A DNA stretch of 64,000 nt, taken from assembly GCF_037042905.1 (NCBI RefSeq), contig NC_087251.1:806001-870000 (forward strand). The letters run 5' to 3'. Positions within the stretch are counted from its first letter, which is position 1, and each line of letters begins with the position of its first letter. A program made the position numbers and the translations under genes. This document shows positions 14,469 to 29,987 of the stretch, in pieces. The notes below the pieces were generated by a model. The model ran no database searches. It saw only the letters and a program-made list of their open reading frames with translations, and had not been told where the DNA came from. The DNA comes from Lytechinus pictus. Lineage: Eukaryota.

Positions 14469-14543
14469 TGAAATATAATTAAGCGCATTGTTGACATGAG
14501 ATGTGATTACCCTTGCACCCTGGATGCTTATGCTTGTGTGCTA

Positions 14544-15628
14544 CAGTTAGACCGCAGGTCCCTAGCCTAATGCATGAGCAAAAAGGCCAGATTCATCCAA
14601 ATCATCTCGTGGCTGAATCATCCTTCTTGCAAAATCTCGTGATTCTTGAGACTTTCTTTCTCTAAGAATTTACCTGTTTTAACCTCAAGTTAAATGAAAT
14701 ATTATTGCACCATCAGATAGAGTAAATGTTACTCTTTCATATTGGTAATTTATTTTGTATACAATATTTTGATAAATAAGTACATTTCTGGCCTGAAAAT
14801 GTGCCTCAAAACTGAATTTTCTTCCTCTGTTTTCTTTTGCAAATTGTGCGAAACTTTTTATTTTGAGCCTCAATGATATCTTTATCACCATAAAGCTGAA
14901 CTTCTGTACTTTCTCACAATGCCACTCTTGATATGCGGCACCTTTTAATCGGGTCAAGATCACACTTTTCCCACCAAGGTAAAAGACAAGATTTCTGAAA
15001 TTTTGTACTTGCATGAAATCCAGAGTTCTGATTGGCTGGATAAGGTTCACAGAACAACAGGCGCGGGGTATTTGAGATTACCACATGGGAAGTGTGACCT
15101 TCCCATGAACCCAGGCACTGGAACCGTTGGAATTCGCCAGTGTGTGGTCTCTTTGACCAATCAGAGTGCAGTATTCTTGTTTTCAAGCTGCTTTATGTAC
15201 TTGGCCAATGAAAAGTGTGATCTTGACCCGATTAAACCAATTCTTATTTTGAAACCTATACCATTTTAAAGCATACATATTCAGCTTTATCATGATCCAA
15301 AAATCATTTGGGCTCAAACAAAAATAAAGTGTGAAAATAGCAGCTTTTGTCAGGTGAAAATAATTATTTTGTAGCATATTTTATATCAAAATTTTAACCT
15401 ATATTACAAAATCTTTGAATAAATTCAAACACATGACCTGAAAGAATGATTCTTCTTCTTTACAATGATACCAAATTCATGAAATTCGATGCACAATTAG
15501 AGCAGCAATGACCGAATGAAAAGAGGTGTTTTGGTCCGCATCAAGCTCATTAAATATACAAAACATCTCAAGTCATGAATATCACTTGGATGAAAGAAGC
15601 CACTTTCTTGCGACCTGCCGTCTGACTG
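14544..15628. mobile_element. Non-autonomous DNA transposon with CAG..CTG termini and 4-bp TSD (superfamily unassigned)
   Basis: TIR CAGTTAGACCGCAGGTC / GACCTGCCGTCTGACTG; GCTA on both flanks; perfect internal 27-bp IR at 14944-14970 / 15210-15236. Confidence 0.65.
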
Positions 15629-17495
15629 GCTACTGTGCTAAAACATGAGGCTGTTCTCCCAGTAATATATATTTTTTAAGATTCATCATTAAAATGAGAT
15701 GCTAAAAAGTCTGCCAATCTGTCTCTGTATGTATTTGGAATGCATTCTTTCATAAAACAATGTTCTTAAGGGATCCAGCAAAATATTATTATTATTGAAA
15801 AACTATTAGAGACTGCATTACAATGGTATGACTGAGAAAGAAGTCAAAACAGGCAAAAGGGCATGAAGTTTATAGCCAGAGGCAACCACTGACATGACCA
15901 AGCTGGCAACTTGTGGCATGTGTACTAAAATATGAACACAGCTATTTGCAATAGATCAGTTAACAAGAAGAACCTAATCAATACTTGATGATAGCCATGA
16001 GGATAATAATAACCAGTTTCTTTGCAATCGATCCCTTTGAAATGTGGATGAACAACGGTGCAGTAATTTGCAAATTATAAGGTATATAAACAGACAAATG
16101 AGCACCACATTAAATGAGGCATTCTTAAAAACGAGGAAAATCATACAATGGATTCCATCAATAACAACTTCTGATCAATAAATGGGAATAAATGATCAAG
16201 GCTATCTCTCTCTCCTCTTCTAAAATGAATTATCTGATCAGCAATTTAAACTCAAGCCCCAACTCTCATTTATCAACTTACAGAATAATGAATGTTTCTT
16301 TTCAAATTCTTAGGTCTCACAACCTCCTTATAACTGGTTTGTGATTAGTCTATGTGTGCTTAATAATGATAGATCTTTTACAACCAAAACAATTTAGGCC
16401 TATACAGAAAGTATTAATGCTTAAAATTCCTGATATATGTGTACGTACAAAAGTTTTTACATACTAATTGACACTATAATTTAACAATCAACGTAAACAA
16501 AAAGTATGTTCCCCCTAATACAAAATGAAGTTACTTTTTAAAAGAACCTACAACAAAGTTATTCCAAAGAAAATAACTTGACAGATGTTCTCATACTTTA
16601 CATAGGATCGACTCTTCTGCGTAAAAATTAAATTGATTGTACAAGTTAGCATGCATGAATGAGCATATTAGAGACAAAATTGTTGCTATTTAAATTCAAA
16701 AGAGACAAATGAATTTCAGAATATCTTGCTATTAATATGCTGTGTCAACTATGTTGTTATGTATGTACATTGCATTATAATTATTTTGTAATAATAAATG
16801 AAGGAACATATTACCAACTATAGATAGCAAACATAATTTTTTTTTTTTTTTTTTATGTTTGCATTATCTACATACTGAATGTACATGTAGGCTACACCTG
16901 CTTTCAGCTCACACCTATTTAAGCCACAGCAATTACAAAATGACTCATGCTCTTTATTTAATCAATAACTGATTTGCTAGCACTGTACTTCACTTTTATA
17001 AAAGTTATTTCATGGCGTATGTATATAAAAACCAAACTTAACTCTTTTGGGGGGCTTTGTTGTTCACAAATACCAATTTATCTGCTAAATACAATGCATA
17101 AACTCTTAGATGTCGGTATTAACTATTGATCTTTTATTCATAAGGGTACCAGAATAACAAATGTAAATGTGACCCATTGTGATCGATCAATTTTCCCTAA
17201 TTACAGTCACATAATCAATACTAATATCCCCATCACTAGAATTAATTGCCAATTCTTTGAAGCAGTGATGACTAAAATAAATTTTAATAGTACTTGGTCT
17301 GTGGTATACTTTTTGTATGTGGTAAAATGTTTGATATGTACATACACATGCACATTGTACATTGTGTACATTGAGAGATGATCATAAAATTAAAAATACA
17401 TGTACTTTACAATGTATTTGTAGGCTACTACTACCAGACATTACATTCTGGTAAAAGTATTTGATTAACATTCACTACCAGTCAGCTGTCTTTTA

Positions 17496-17869
17496 CCCCT
17501 TTCATAAACCCATCCTCCAATTATCCGCCTTAGAGTAATGCGGATAGTTCAATAAAAATTGCATTCACAAACTCCGAAAATAATCCGCACTTTTTTTACT
17601 AGCGCCTGACCTGAAAAGGCGGATAATTGTCATGGCAACTGCACACACCCCCACCGATGGGGTTGTGTTGGAAAAGGGTGACCTTGTGACCGCACCATGG
17701 CAATTATCCGCATTACTTTGGAAATGCGTTCATAAAGTCAAAATCTGGTCCCGATGCCGCTATTATGCGGATAATTGCAGCATCGAAATAATGCGGATAA
17801 CTCTGGTCCCGCTGCAATTTTATGACCAAATTATGCGATATTATCCGCATAATTGGGTTTATGAAAGGG
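17496..17869. mobile_element. TA-flanked MITE with TTATCCGC/GCGGATAA internal repeats
   Basis: TIR CCCTTTCATAAACCCA / TGGGTTTATGAAAGGG. Confidence 0.8.
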
Positions 17870-17916
17870 TATTTAACTCACTATACCTGTAAAAATCAGA
17901 GAACATTAGACTTATA

Positions 17917-18421
17917 TGCTTTTCACACTGCACTTTTTGTCCTAAATTGGTGGGGCTAAGGGGGGGTCTTAGCCCCATCAATTTCCCGGGGTTAAGCTTA
18001 GCCCACTTCGTTTTCACACTACGTTTTAGCAAAGTGGGCTAGCACGGTAAATAGTACGGTACTATCTGGCCCTGCAAAAAAGCAGGGTTAGCCGGCTTAT
18101 TGTGGTGCTAGCACCACAATTGCAGTGCTAAGAGATGCAGTGTGAAACGAAACAGGGCTAAGCAAAAGTGGGGCTAAGCATTTAATAGCCAATCACAGAA
18201 GTCGAAATTGCACCGTTAATCGCGCTCTCTTAATAGCTCCATGGTAAAATCATCAATATCTATGAGCTGTGTGATTGCCCAGGGTTAAGGCGTTAACCCC
18301 GGCTAAGCAAATAGTATGGGGTTAAGAAAGACAGTGCGAATCAAAAAAAAGATAGTATGGGGTTAAGGATAGTCCGGGGTTAAGGATAGTATGGGGTTAA
18401 GGAAATGCAGTGTGAAAAGCA
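17917..18421. mobile_element. TA-flanked MITE with GGGGTTAAG internal repeats
   Basis: TIR TGCTTTTCACACTGCA / TGCAGTGTGAAAAGCA; internally related to 34418-34966. Confidence 0.8.
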
Positions 18422-18957
18422 TATCAGTGGACCAAATCTATTATTCTCTGGTTTTTACAGGTAATGTATCTGACTGGTATACTGATCATTCTGATAATAT
18501 CACAGGTGAAGTTTGGTGATAATTCAAAATGACATTTTAAAGACATTTTTTAAGAGCAAAAGTCAGCTCAAAACAATATTAAAACTTGATCACAAGTCAC
18601 AACAAAATTTTACTCTACATCAAGCAATAAGAGAGTAAGAATATTTTATAATGATCAACATTTCGTTCAATCTAGAGTTGCTTTCACTAGTCAGAATGCA
18701 GTCTTCAGCAAATGACAGGTAAAGTATTTTTTACCATTGATTCAATATTTTTAGTATGACTGGATGATGATCAACCTATCATCAAAATCAGATAATTATT
18801 AAAAAAATAAAATAAAAATAAAAAATAAAAAAAATCAGATACATATGAAAGCTTAAATGACATTTTAAAATTTGTTTTATTTTTCCCAAAACTTTGGAAG
18901 CTTAAGAGTGCCATCCAGATATATTCAGATTTCTATTAATGTCTACAATCCTTTGAA

Positions 18958-19275
18958 AAGATGATAAAATGACAAGATCTTGGATCTCGTCATGTCTACA
19001 TCCTTTGGGAGAGATGATCAGATGACAAGATCTTGGATCTCGTCATGTCTACATCCCATATAGGAAAGATGATCAGATGGCGTGATCTTGTATCTCATCA
19101 TGTCTACCGCTACATATTTCAGAAGAGATGATCAGCTGACATTCATGGATCAAAGATCTTGTCATCTGATCATCTCTCCCAAAGAATAAAGACATGACGA
19201 GATCCAAGATCTTGTCATCTTCATCTCTCCAAAAGGAAGTAGACATGACAAGATCTGAGATCTCGTCATCATCTG
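18958..19275. repeat. About 55-bp tandem units: three direct copies followed by about two inverted copies
   Basis: GATGACAAGATCTTGGATCTCGTCATGTCTAC recurs, then its reverse complement GACATGACGAGATCCAAGATCTTGTCATC. Confidence 0.8.
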
Positions 19276-20386
19276 GTCATTTTTTTCTAAGGGATGTAGA
19301 AATAACCATATGATTATCTGAACATCTGGGTGGCACTTTTAAGCTTCCGTACAAAACAGTTAAAAACTTACATGCACAATACAGTGATGCAAATGAGAGA
19401 CTCAATATTGTCACACACTCACTATTTCTATAGCATTTCATTTTTTGTAGATTTGATACCAAGTCTTCATTAAATCACAATATGCTACAATGGCAAATCC
19501 ACATGTTCAGGGTTGAATCAAACTTTGTTTCGCATTGTGATGAAAAATACAAAAAAAAAATATTTCATATTGCAGTACATTTTATAATTAACACTGAAAG
19601 AAACAGTGAGTGGGTGATGTTATCGGTTTCCTCATAATTACCAACCAGAATAGAATTATAGGCCTACCTGTGACTGCTTTGTGAAATTAAGTGAAACTTC
19701 AGATTATAACTTTCATATTTTTAACATTGAAATTATCTGTGTTATGCAAGTGTGATTAATTCAAACCAACTTCTTGTTGTACTTCCCCTATATTCAGAAG
19801 CCATATACCTTCTTCAACTTGTTTGATTTTTGTACTTAAAGGCCTGTACATGTATGCAAACATCCTCACACCCACTTTATCATCAATCCTGTGCTTTAAT
19901 CTCAAGACATTGTTACAACATGGATGATGAAACCCAATGAATGAAGAAAAACAAACTTGAAGTGAAGAAAAACAAACTTGAAGTGAAGAAGAACAGACAG
20001 TGAGTAACCATTGTAGTGATCAACAAATGACGTTCTTTCCTAACATAACGTTTGAAAGTTTCATCAGGTGAAAGTAAGTAATTGGTAAAGAATTTGAAGA
20101 TAGAACTTTTTACTCTAAGAAAATTAAAACTCTACAAAAAAAGACCATGAAACCATCATGCTATTTGCAGATAATTTCATGGTACACTTTGTATCTATTG
20201 TTTACCCTGACTGGTTCCTCACGAAGACTGCCAGTTAATACAGCAGATACATGTACCTGTACTGTAGTTCTTCTATAATGTATGGGCATGGAAAAAAAAA
20301 GGGGGAATCATTCTACCTGCCAGGGTTAAAGATAGGATTAGGATTTAGAATAAGCATCAGGATTATGGTTGGTTTTACATAGTTAA

Positions 20387-20994
20387 AGGACAAGTCCACT
20401 CCAGCAAAAAAAAATATTTGAATAAAATGAGAAAAATCCAACAAGCATAACACTGAAAATTTCATCAAAATCGGAGGTAAAATAAGAAAGTTATGACATT
20501 TTAAAGTTTTGTTTAATTTCACAAAACAGTTTATGCACATCCTGGCTGGTATGCAAATGAGGAGACTGATGACGTCATCCACTCACTATTTCTTTTGTAT
20601 TTTATTATATGATATACTATGAAATATTCTAATTTTCTCCTCATTGTCAAGTGAAACAGTGATTAATTCCTCACTATACATTTGGAAATTGGAATTAGCA
20701 TTGTTTAATACTATAAAGTCGAGTTGGTCCCTTTGGTCAAATCTGTAAAAAAATGAAATATTGTATAATTCAAACAATAAAAAACAAAAGAAATAGTGAG
20801 TGATGGACATCATCGACTGACTCATTTGCATGTCATTGAGTTGTGCATATCTCTGTTTTGTGAAAAATAAGCTAAACTTTAAAATGGCATAACTTTCTTA
20901 TTTTACATCCGATTTTGATGAAATTTTCAGTGTTATGCTAGTTTGATTTTTCTCTATTTATTCAAATCAACATTTTGCTTGGGTGGACTTACCT
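20387..20994 (+). mobile_element. Kolobok-like MITE (AGGACAAGTCCAC family)
   Basis: TTAA TSD on both sides; TIR AGGACAAGTCCAC / GTGGACTTACCT; long internal inverted arms. Confidence 0.85.
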
Positions 20995-23587
20995 TTAAGT
21001 AGAATTTTACATTAGGAATAAGATTAGAACTTCCAGCAGTGTGCTACATTACAACAGCACTGGCATGACTAAAAACAACATACATGGATTAACCATAATG
21101 CAATCTTTATTTCTCATTAAACTTACACAAACTGTTCATGAATTTGGGAAATTTAATGATGAAAAAGATTCCCTGATGTGATGGAGACTAGATGGGTCCC
21201 AGATACTCATTAACTTTGTCCTCGATACCATGGGCTTGTGTTTGCTTGTCTTACACCATTTTCTAGGTCAGACGAAGGGTTCCTCTAATTATCTTGTTAC
21301 ATACCCGCTCCTGGGTTCTGCCATACATCCTTGGCATAATTAATAACTTCTAACAGCCATGAGTGCATGCATTCTTGACACTGGCTGATCTCATTTTAAA
21401 TTTGTTTTCCTTTCATGTTTGTTTGATTAATCTTGTCACTTTCAATGTATATGCAATGGCCTGGAAAAACGATGAATCATTGTCTTACATACTGTACAAC
21501 GAAAAGAGCACAAACTTGCAGGTTTGTATATACATGTGTATAGTGTGAAATAATTGTAAAGCTATGTTCTTAATAAAAGAAATGAAAAGTGATCAATGTT
21601 TACAAATGTAGCATTTACACATACTTGAAGGGTTCAACATTCATTCTTCAAAACTACACACTTCTATTTTCAAAGGAGTTTCTCTACAGGTGTATTATGT
21701 AATCAGTTGTTGGAGAGGGAGAAATTAATCTTGCTTTACTTAAAAACACAGTACCATAGGCCTATTCACACTGGAAATGCTGACATAATTCTAGATTCAT
21801 TAGGAAACTTGCAAGAGCCCTGTTCTTTAATAATAATCAGTCGTATTTCAATTCAAATTTCAATAATACATCACAAACTGCTTCAAAACTTTGATGTCAG
21901 TGCTTTCTATGACCTCGCACTATTATACTATCCAATTAAATCTTGCCATACAATATCAACTCTACTCATTTAGAATTGGTGTTTTTTTTTTTATTTCTAT
22001 CCTAGACAGGCCTACCAGCATGTTTACTGTATATATTCACATCATTTTTATTAGATTACACAACTGTGCGTGCACGTAGCCTATATTTTAAAAAATTATT
22101 ATGGAGTAGACAGTGCAGTACAAAACAGAAATTACTAAAGGTGGATAGATACTTTTGTAATATGTTTACAAGACCAATGGCCGCCAACAGGAAATGCATG
22201 ACTACAAAGCTATAAACCAAATTAGGCCTGAGCTTTCTAAAGAGCAAAACATTTCTTGAATAATCATGAATCCAAGATATGTATCAGTATAGGCTCTAGC
22301 ACTCTGTATTCAATATAATCTTATTAGGTCTGAATAAGGAATTCAGGAACGTCCACAGATTTAATCTTATTCATCAATCGATGTCATGATGCGTAGTGTA
22401 GAAGTGGCCATGTGAAGTTCATAATTTATATACCTAAATATACATATTGGCCATAAAATAAACCAATCTAGCACATTCCTGAGGATTAACACTAGATGAA
22501 TTCACTGATGTATTTTACATCCATGCATTACTACTGTGTAGCTCACAAGTTACTTGAACATATTTCTTTAAAAAATCAGTCATGAGTATATTTTGACAAT
22601 ACACACTGGAGTGAAACCAGCCAGATTGCCTGACAATTACTTTGAACGCATTCCTCAATCTTAAATTGATTGCTAGGCCTACAAAGCCATGTGAGCACTC
22701 AGGCTTCACCCAGTCAAAGTAAGCCAATAGACAAGCATGTAAATGGAGTAAATGCCCTTTGCCCCTTCTGATTATCAACATTCTATTCACAAACTGGTTG
22801 TGGTACTATTCACCAATATTCACGTCTTTGTGTTAAGTACATGCTGTGCTCCAAAGTAAAATCACCTCTCTAAAACTTCCAAGGTAAATCTGTGGATGCA
22901 TGGGTTCCATGAGATTTACAGACTACCAGCAAGCAAGATTTTACAATCCAAGGATAAAAATTAATTACACACGTTGTTGTACAAGTGTGATGAATTTCTG
23001 TTATCAACAATGAAAGACTAAACATGTACCTCAGTTGGAGTTTTATGGAAAAATGGCTAATATTAAAAACTTGTGTCACAGCCAAATGTTGAATAAAACA
23101 TGTATACAAATTGAATGGATATACTGTACATGTAACAGTATTAAAATGAAATGAAACTTACATTACACACATAAAGTCACATATTTCTGATTGTACAAGG
23201 CAATGAACTGTTGATTCAACAAACACTCTACATTGTAAAGAGCATTGAGGAACATAAAGGTCACAAGACTCACAAATTATAATCATTACTTTATTAAAAA
23301 AAAGTATAGAAATCCAAACGCCTTTTCATCTGTATATGTACAGGCCTTCATACTAATAGACAGGGTTTGAATAAATTGAATGTGTTGAAATTAATTCATA
23401 ATTCAATTTACACCAAAATCATGAACAAATTTAGAAAAATAATATCATAAATTTACAAAATCTCATCCACATGTAGGTCATCCCATTAAACAAACAATAA
23501 GTAATAAACATAGTTGAATCTGTTCTCTTGCTTCTTAAGGGAATGATTTTATTTTGTGATGTCACAGACGAGCAGCTCCTCCCTATG

Positions 23588-23755
23588 GGCATTGTTGTGG
23601 CGTGCACCTGTAATCCAAGCTGTGGGGAAGTTACAAATTGATGCAGAGGTTCGAGCCCTGGTCACCTCTTTCGGATGGTGACGTTCTTAAAGGTCGGTCC
23701 CAGACGTAAATAATCATATCTGATTGATACACGTCTGACAAAACTCAAACTCAAA
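23588..23755 (+). mobile_element. SINE with 7SL(SRP RNA)-like head, B box, 3' stem-loop and (AAACTC)n tail
   Basis: GTGGCGTGCACCTGTAATCCAAGCT at 23597-23621; B box GGTTCGAGCCC at 23648; hairpin CAGACGT..ACGTCTG at 23701-23737; short TAT(G) flanking repeat; sits inside a degenerate MITE. Confidence 0.65.
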
Positions 23756-25116
23756 TATGAATGTGATATGTTATTTCCCAAAATGACATTTTCTATTAAA
23801 AAAATGAAAGTGATTTTATTTGTGCAGGGGATACCGGTATATTAAGAGACACATCATTTCTTCCCTCCCCCCCCCCCCCCTTGTAAAAGAAATATAGTTT
23901 TCTTAATCACATCCCATTAAAAGAGTTAAACTTATGAAATAAATACTGAACATACATGTACGCTCGTCTGTGACATCAAACATTAATTTTCATAACATTA
24001 CCACTTATTGCTTTCCATGACTTGATTAAAAGTTATTTTAATTGAAAGCCACACTTAATTGTTACTGATCCAGATTTTTATATCATCCAAAGTTCATTAA
24101 ACTTGACAAAAACATTTCATTTGAGATTTTAAACTCATGTCATGTAGGCCTGAAGAAAACAAATCCCTAACTCTGTTATTCTACAAAAAAAATTTATTTA
24201 AACTTCACCACTATTTTCGCTCTGTTTCATGCTTTTATTAAAACCACCTTATCGTCAGGTTTAACTTCCACTATAATGCAGGTCGCAGCAATTCTCTGTC
24301 AAATTATTTTAAAGAAGTTGAAAAAATAAGGTTGAAAACAATCAAAGTTTTAATGTTCAATATAGGTCTAAAGACTCAACTTTTTATTCACTTGATTAGA
24401 GCAACTTTATGAAATAACAAATGCAATGAACTCTGATTGGTATATGATTGGAGTTTACTGCAATAAAAACTATCAAAATACAATCACAAGCAGTCCAAAG
24501 ACTGAAATATGTGACTGTTTACAAAATAGAGTCATAATAAAAATATGAAGAAAACATTACAAGTAAATATTCAAATACACCAATTCATACATGTACAAAT
24601 GAAAAAAAAAGGATCATAAATACATAAACTGAAGGAACTGGAAATGAGACCCAAAGAGAAAAAGGAAATTGGGGATTGGGGGGCAAAACTGTCCAATAAC
24701 AAGAGCCCCAAAATCAATGTAAAGGAACCCAAAACCACACACATATCCTAAATCTCAGAGGGTCTCAGTCCTGTTTACAGTTATGTACATGCAGAGGGGC
24801 AAATAAAGTAGACAAATGGAAAGAAAGATATAGGATGAAAGAGAGCAAGTGGATGAGAGCCAGAAATTAGTTAAAATAAAAAGGAAGACAAAAGATGAGA
24901 AGAGAAATAGAGGCAACCTTCAGAAAAGAAAACTAATCATAAAATACAAGATATTTAGCAATGATAACTAAAGAAGGGGGAATATATTAAACAATGCATT
25001 TACATAGCAACCGGAACAGGCACAAAAAGGGATAATGGAGATCGAGATAGAAGCTCCCATTTTAACATTCTCATGATGTGGTGATGTTTTACTAAAAACA
25101 AAAATAATTTACTAAC

Positions 25117-25387
25117 CTCGACATAATCCATGTGCATCAGGATTCAACGAATCTCCGACTGCAACAATAAGTTCACATACAAATCCATTATCACACTGCC
25201 CATACTTTTTAAATCGTCCTCCACAAGATTGCCCATCAAGTTTGGCACACTCCTTGCAACATTGGCAAACATCTTCAACAACGCCACCTTGACAAGACAG
25301 TGTCGGGCACTTCTCCCGTTCGCAGGTGCCGCACGACAGGGCAGCTCCAGTTGCTACCAGAGAAAGAAATAACACCAAGAACTTCAT
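25117..25387 (-). CDS. CRIM1: CRIM1-like (cysteine-rich motor neuron 1) coding exon 1: signal peptide plus IGFBP N-terminal domain
   Basis: ATG at 25387 in GCCAAGATG context. MKFLVLFLSLVATGAA is a hydrophobic signal, followed by a 12-Cys IGFBP domain (CQCCKECA...CGG...GQCD...C). Phase-1 donor G|GTTAGT at 25116. Confidence 0.88.
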
Positions 25388-25739
25388 CTTGGCATGTAAT
25401 GGTTCATCTGAAATTTGTTGCAAAATACAAGAATAGGCCGTATATAAAATTATCCAAATTGATTCCACGGGAGTAGGCCTTCAACACGGATATCCAATAA
25501 GTACACTACAGTAGATTAAATTATCTTCCTCTCACTCTCTATCAACTCAATCTTCCAGAGATCCTGATCGCATCATCATCAAGAACCTCTTCATCCAATT
25601 GATGCATTTTGCGACTCTTGCCTCCGTGCTACAAGATAACGTTAGTGCTCCTCCTGAGAGGTCCAACCTCCACTCTCGATTTTTATCTTAGCTGGGTGGC
25701 AGTCCTAGACCAGCGTCGCGTTTTCTTTGGATAACAGTC

Positions 25740-26005
25740 AACAGTCCAAATTACTTTGATAAATCTATATAGACGATGAATCTTCATGTAGACCATGTAG
25801 ACGTTATGGAGCAGCGGTACGGTACGGCGAGGAGGAGCGAGCGAGCGCTTCAGTTGTGTGTGATGCCTAGCCTAGACATACAAAGCAAGCTCATTAGCTC
25901 GCTGCGCTGGCTCATGGCATGGCCTCGACGATCCTCTGTGCGCGCCGCACATGCGCGCCGTCGCCGCACGGGCTATCCCCCCACGCCCCCCCCCCCCCCC
26001 CCCCT
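25740..26005 (-). promoter_or_regulatory. Probable CRIM1 promoter / CpG-rich 5' region
   Basis: Sharp rise in CpG and GC upstream of exon 1; NRF1-like CGCACATGCGC near 25946; TCTATATAGA at 25764. TSS not defined. Confidence 0.45.
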
Positions 26006-26170
26006 AGTCATAGAGATTGATGTAGATACCCACCTCTATGGCTCTTTCTTTTCAACTGACAACTTGACTCAGATTTTACGTCCTCATCGGCATGATCGGG
26101 AGAGAATTGAGATTTATTCTTTTTCAAACTAAAATTCACAACTTTTTCTGCCTCTATTTAGAGCCCTTAA

Positions 26171-26773
26171 AGGACAAGTCCACCCCAACAAAAAGTTGAT
26201 TTGAAAAAAAGGAGAAAAATCCAACAAGCAAAACACTGAAAATTTCATCAAAATCGGATGTAAAATAAGAAAGTTATGACATTTTAAAGTTTTGCTTAAT
26301 TTCACAAAACAGTTATATGCACATCCTGGTCGGTATGCAAATTGGCAGACTGATGACGTCACCCACTCACTATTTCTTTTGTATTTTATTATATGAAATA
26401 TGAAATATTCTAATTTTCTCCTCCTTGTCAAGTGAAACAATTTTTTTTTCTCCTTGAACATGTGGAATTACCATTATTTTAACAGTATATGGTTAAGTTA
26501 AGTTGGTCCTTATTGTCAAATCCGTAAAAATTGAAATATTGTATTATTCAAACAATAAAAAACAAAAAAAATAGTGAGTGATGGACATCATCGACTCTCT
26601 CATTTGCATATCGCTGAGTTGTGCATTTAACTGTTATGTGAAAAATAAGCGAAACTTTAAAATGTCATAACATTCTTATTTTACATCCGATTTCGATGAA
26701 ATTTGCAGCGTTATGTTTGTTTGATTTTTCTCTATCGATTCTAATCAACAATTTTCTGGGGTGGACTTGACCT
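26171..26773 (+). mobile_element. Kolobok-like MITE (AGGACAAGTCCAC family)
   Basis: TTAA TSD; TIR AGGACAAGTCCACCCCA / TGGGGTGGACTTGACCT; colinear with 20387-20994. Confidence 0.85.
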
Positions 26774-26841
26774 TTAAAGTCACCTAATTTTGGCATTCAA
26801 GTTTTGGACCTCACTTTTGGGGCCTTTTCGACAGTATAGGC

Positions 26842-29987
<3,146 letters not shown>

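Noticed and set aside
25388..25468. N-terminal extension of the CRIM1 ORF from a GTG start
   Set aside because: The signal peptide and Kozak context begin at ATG 25387.
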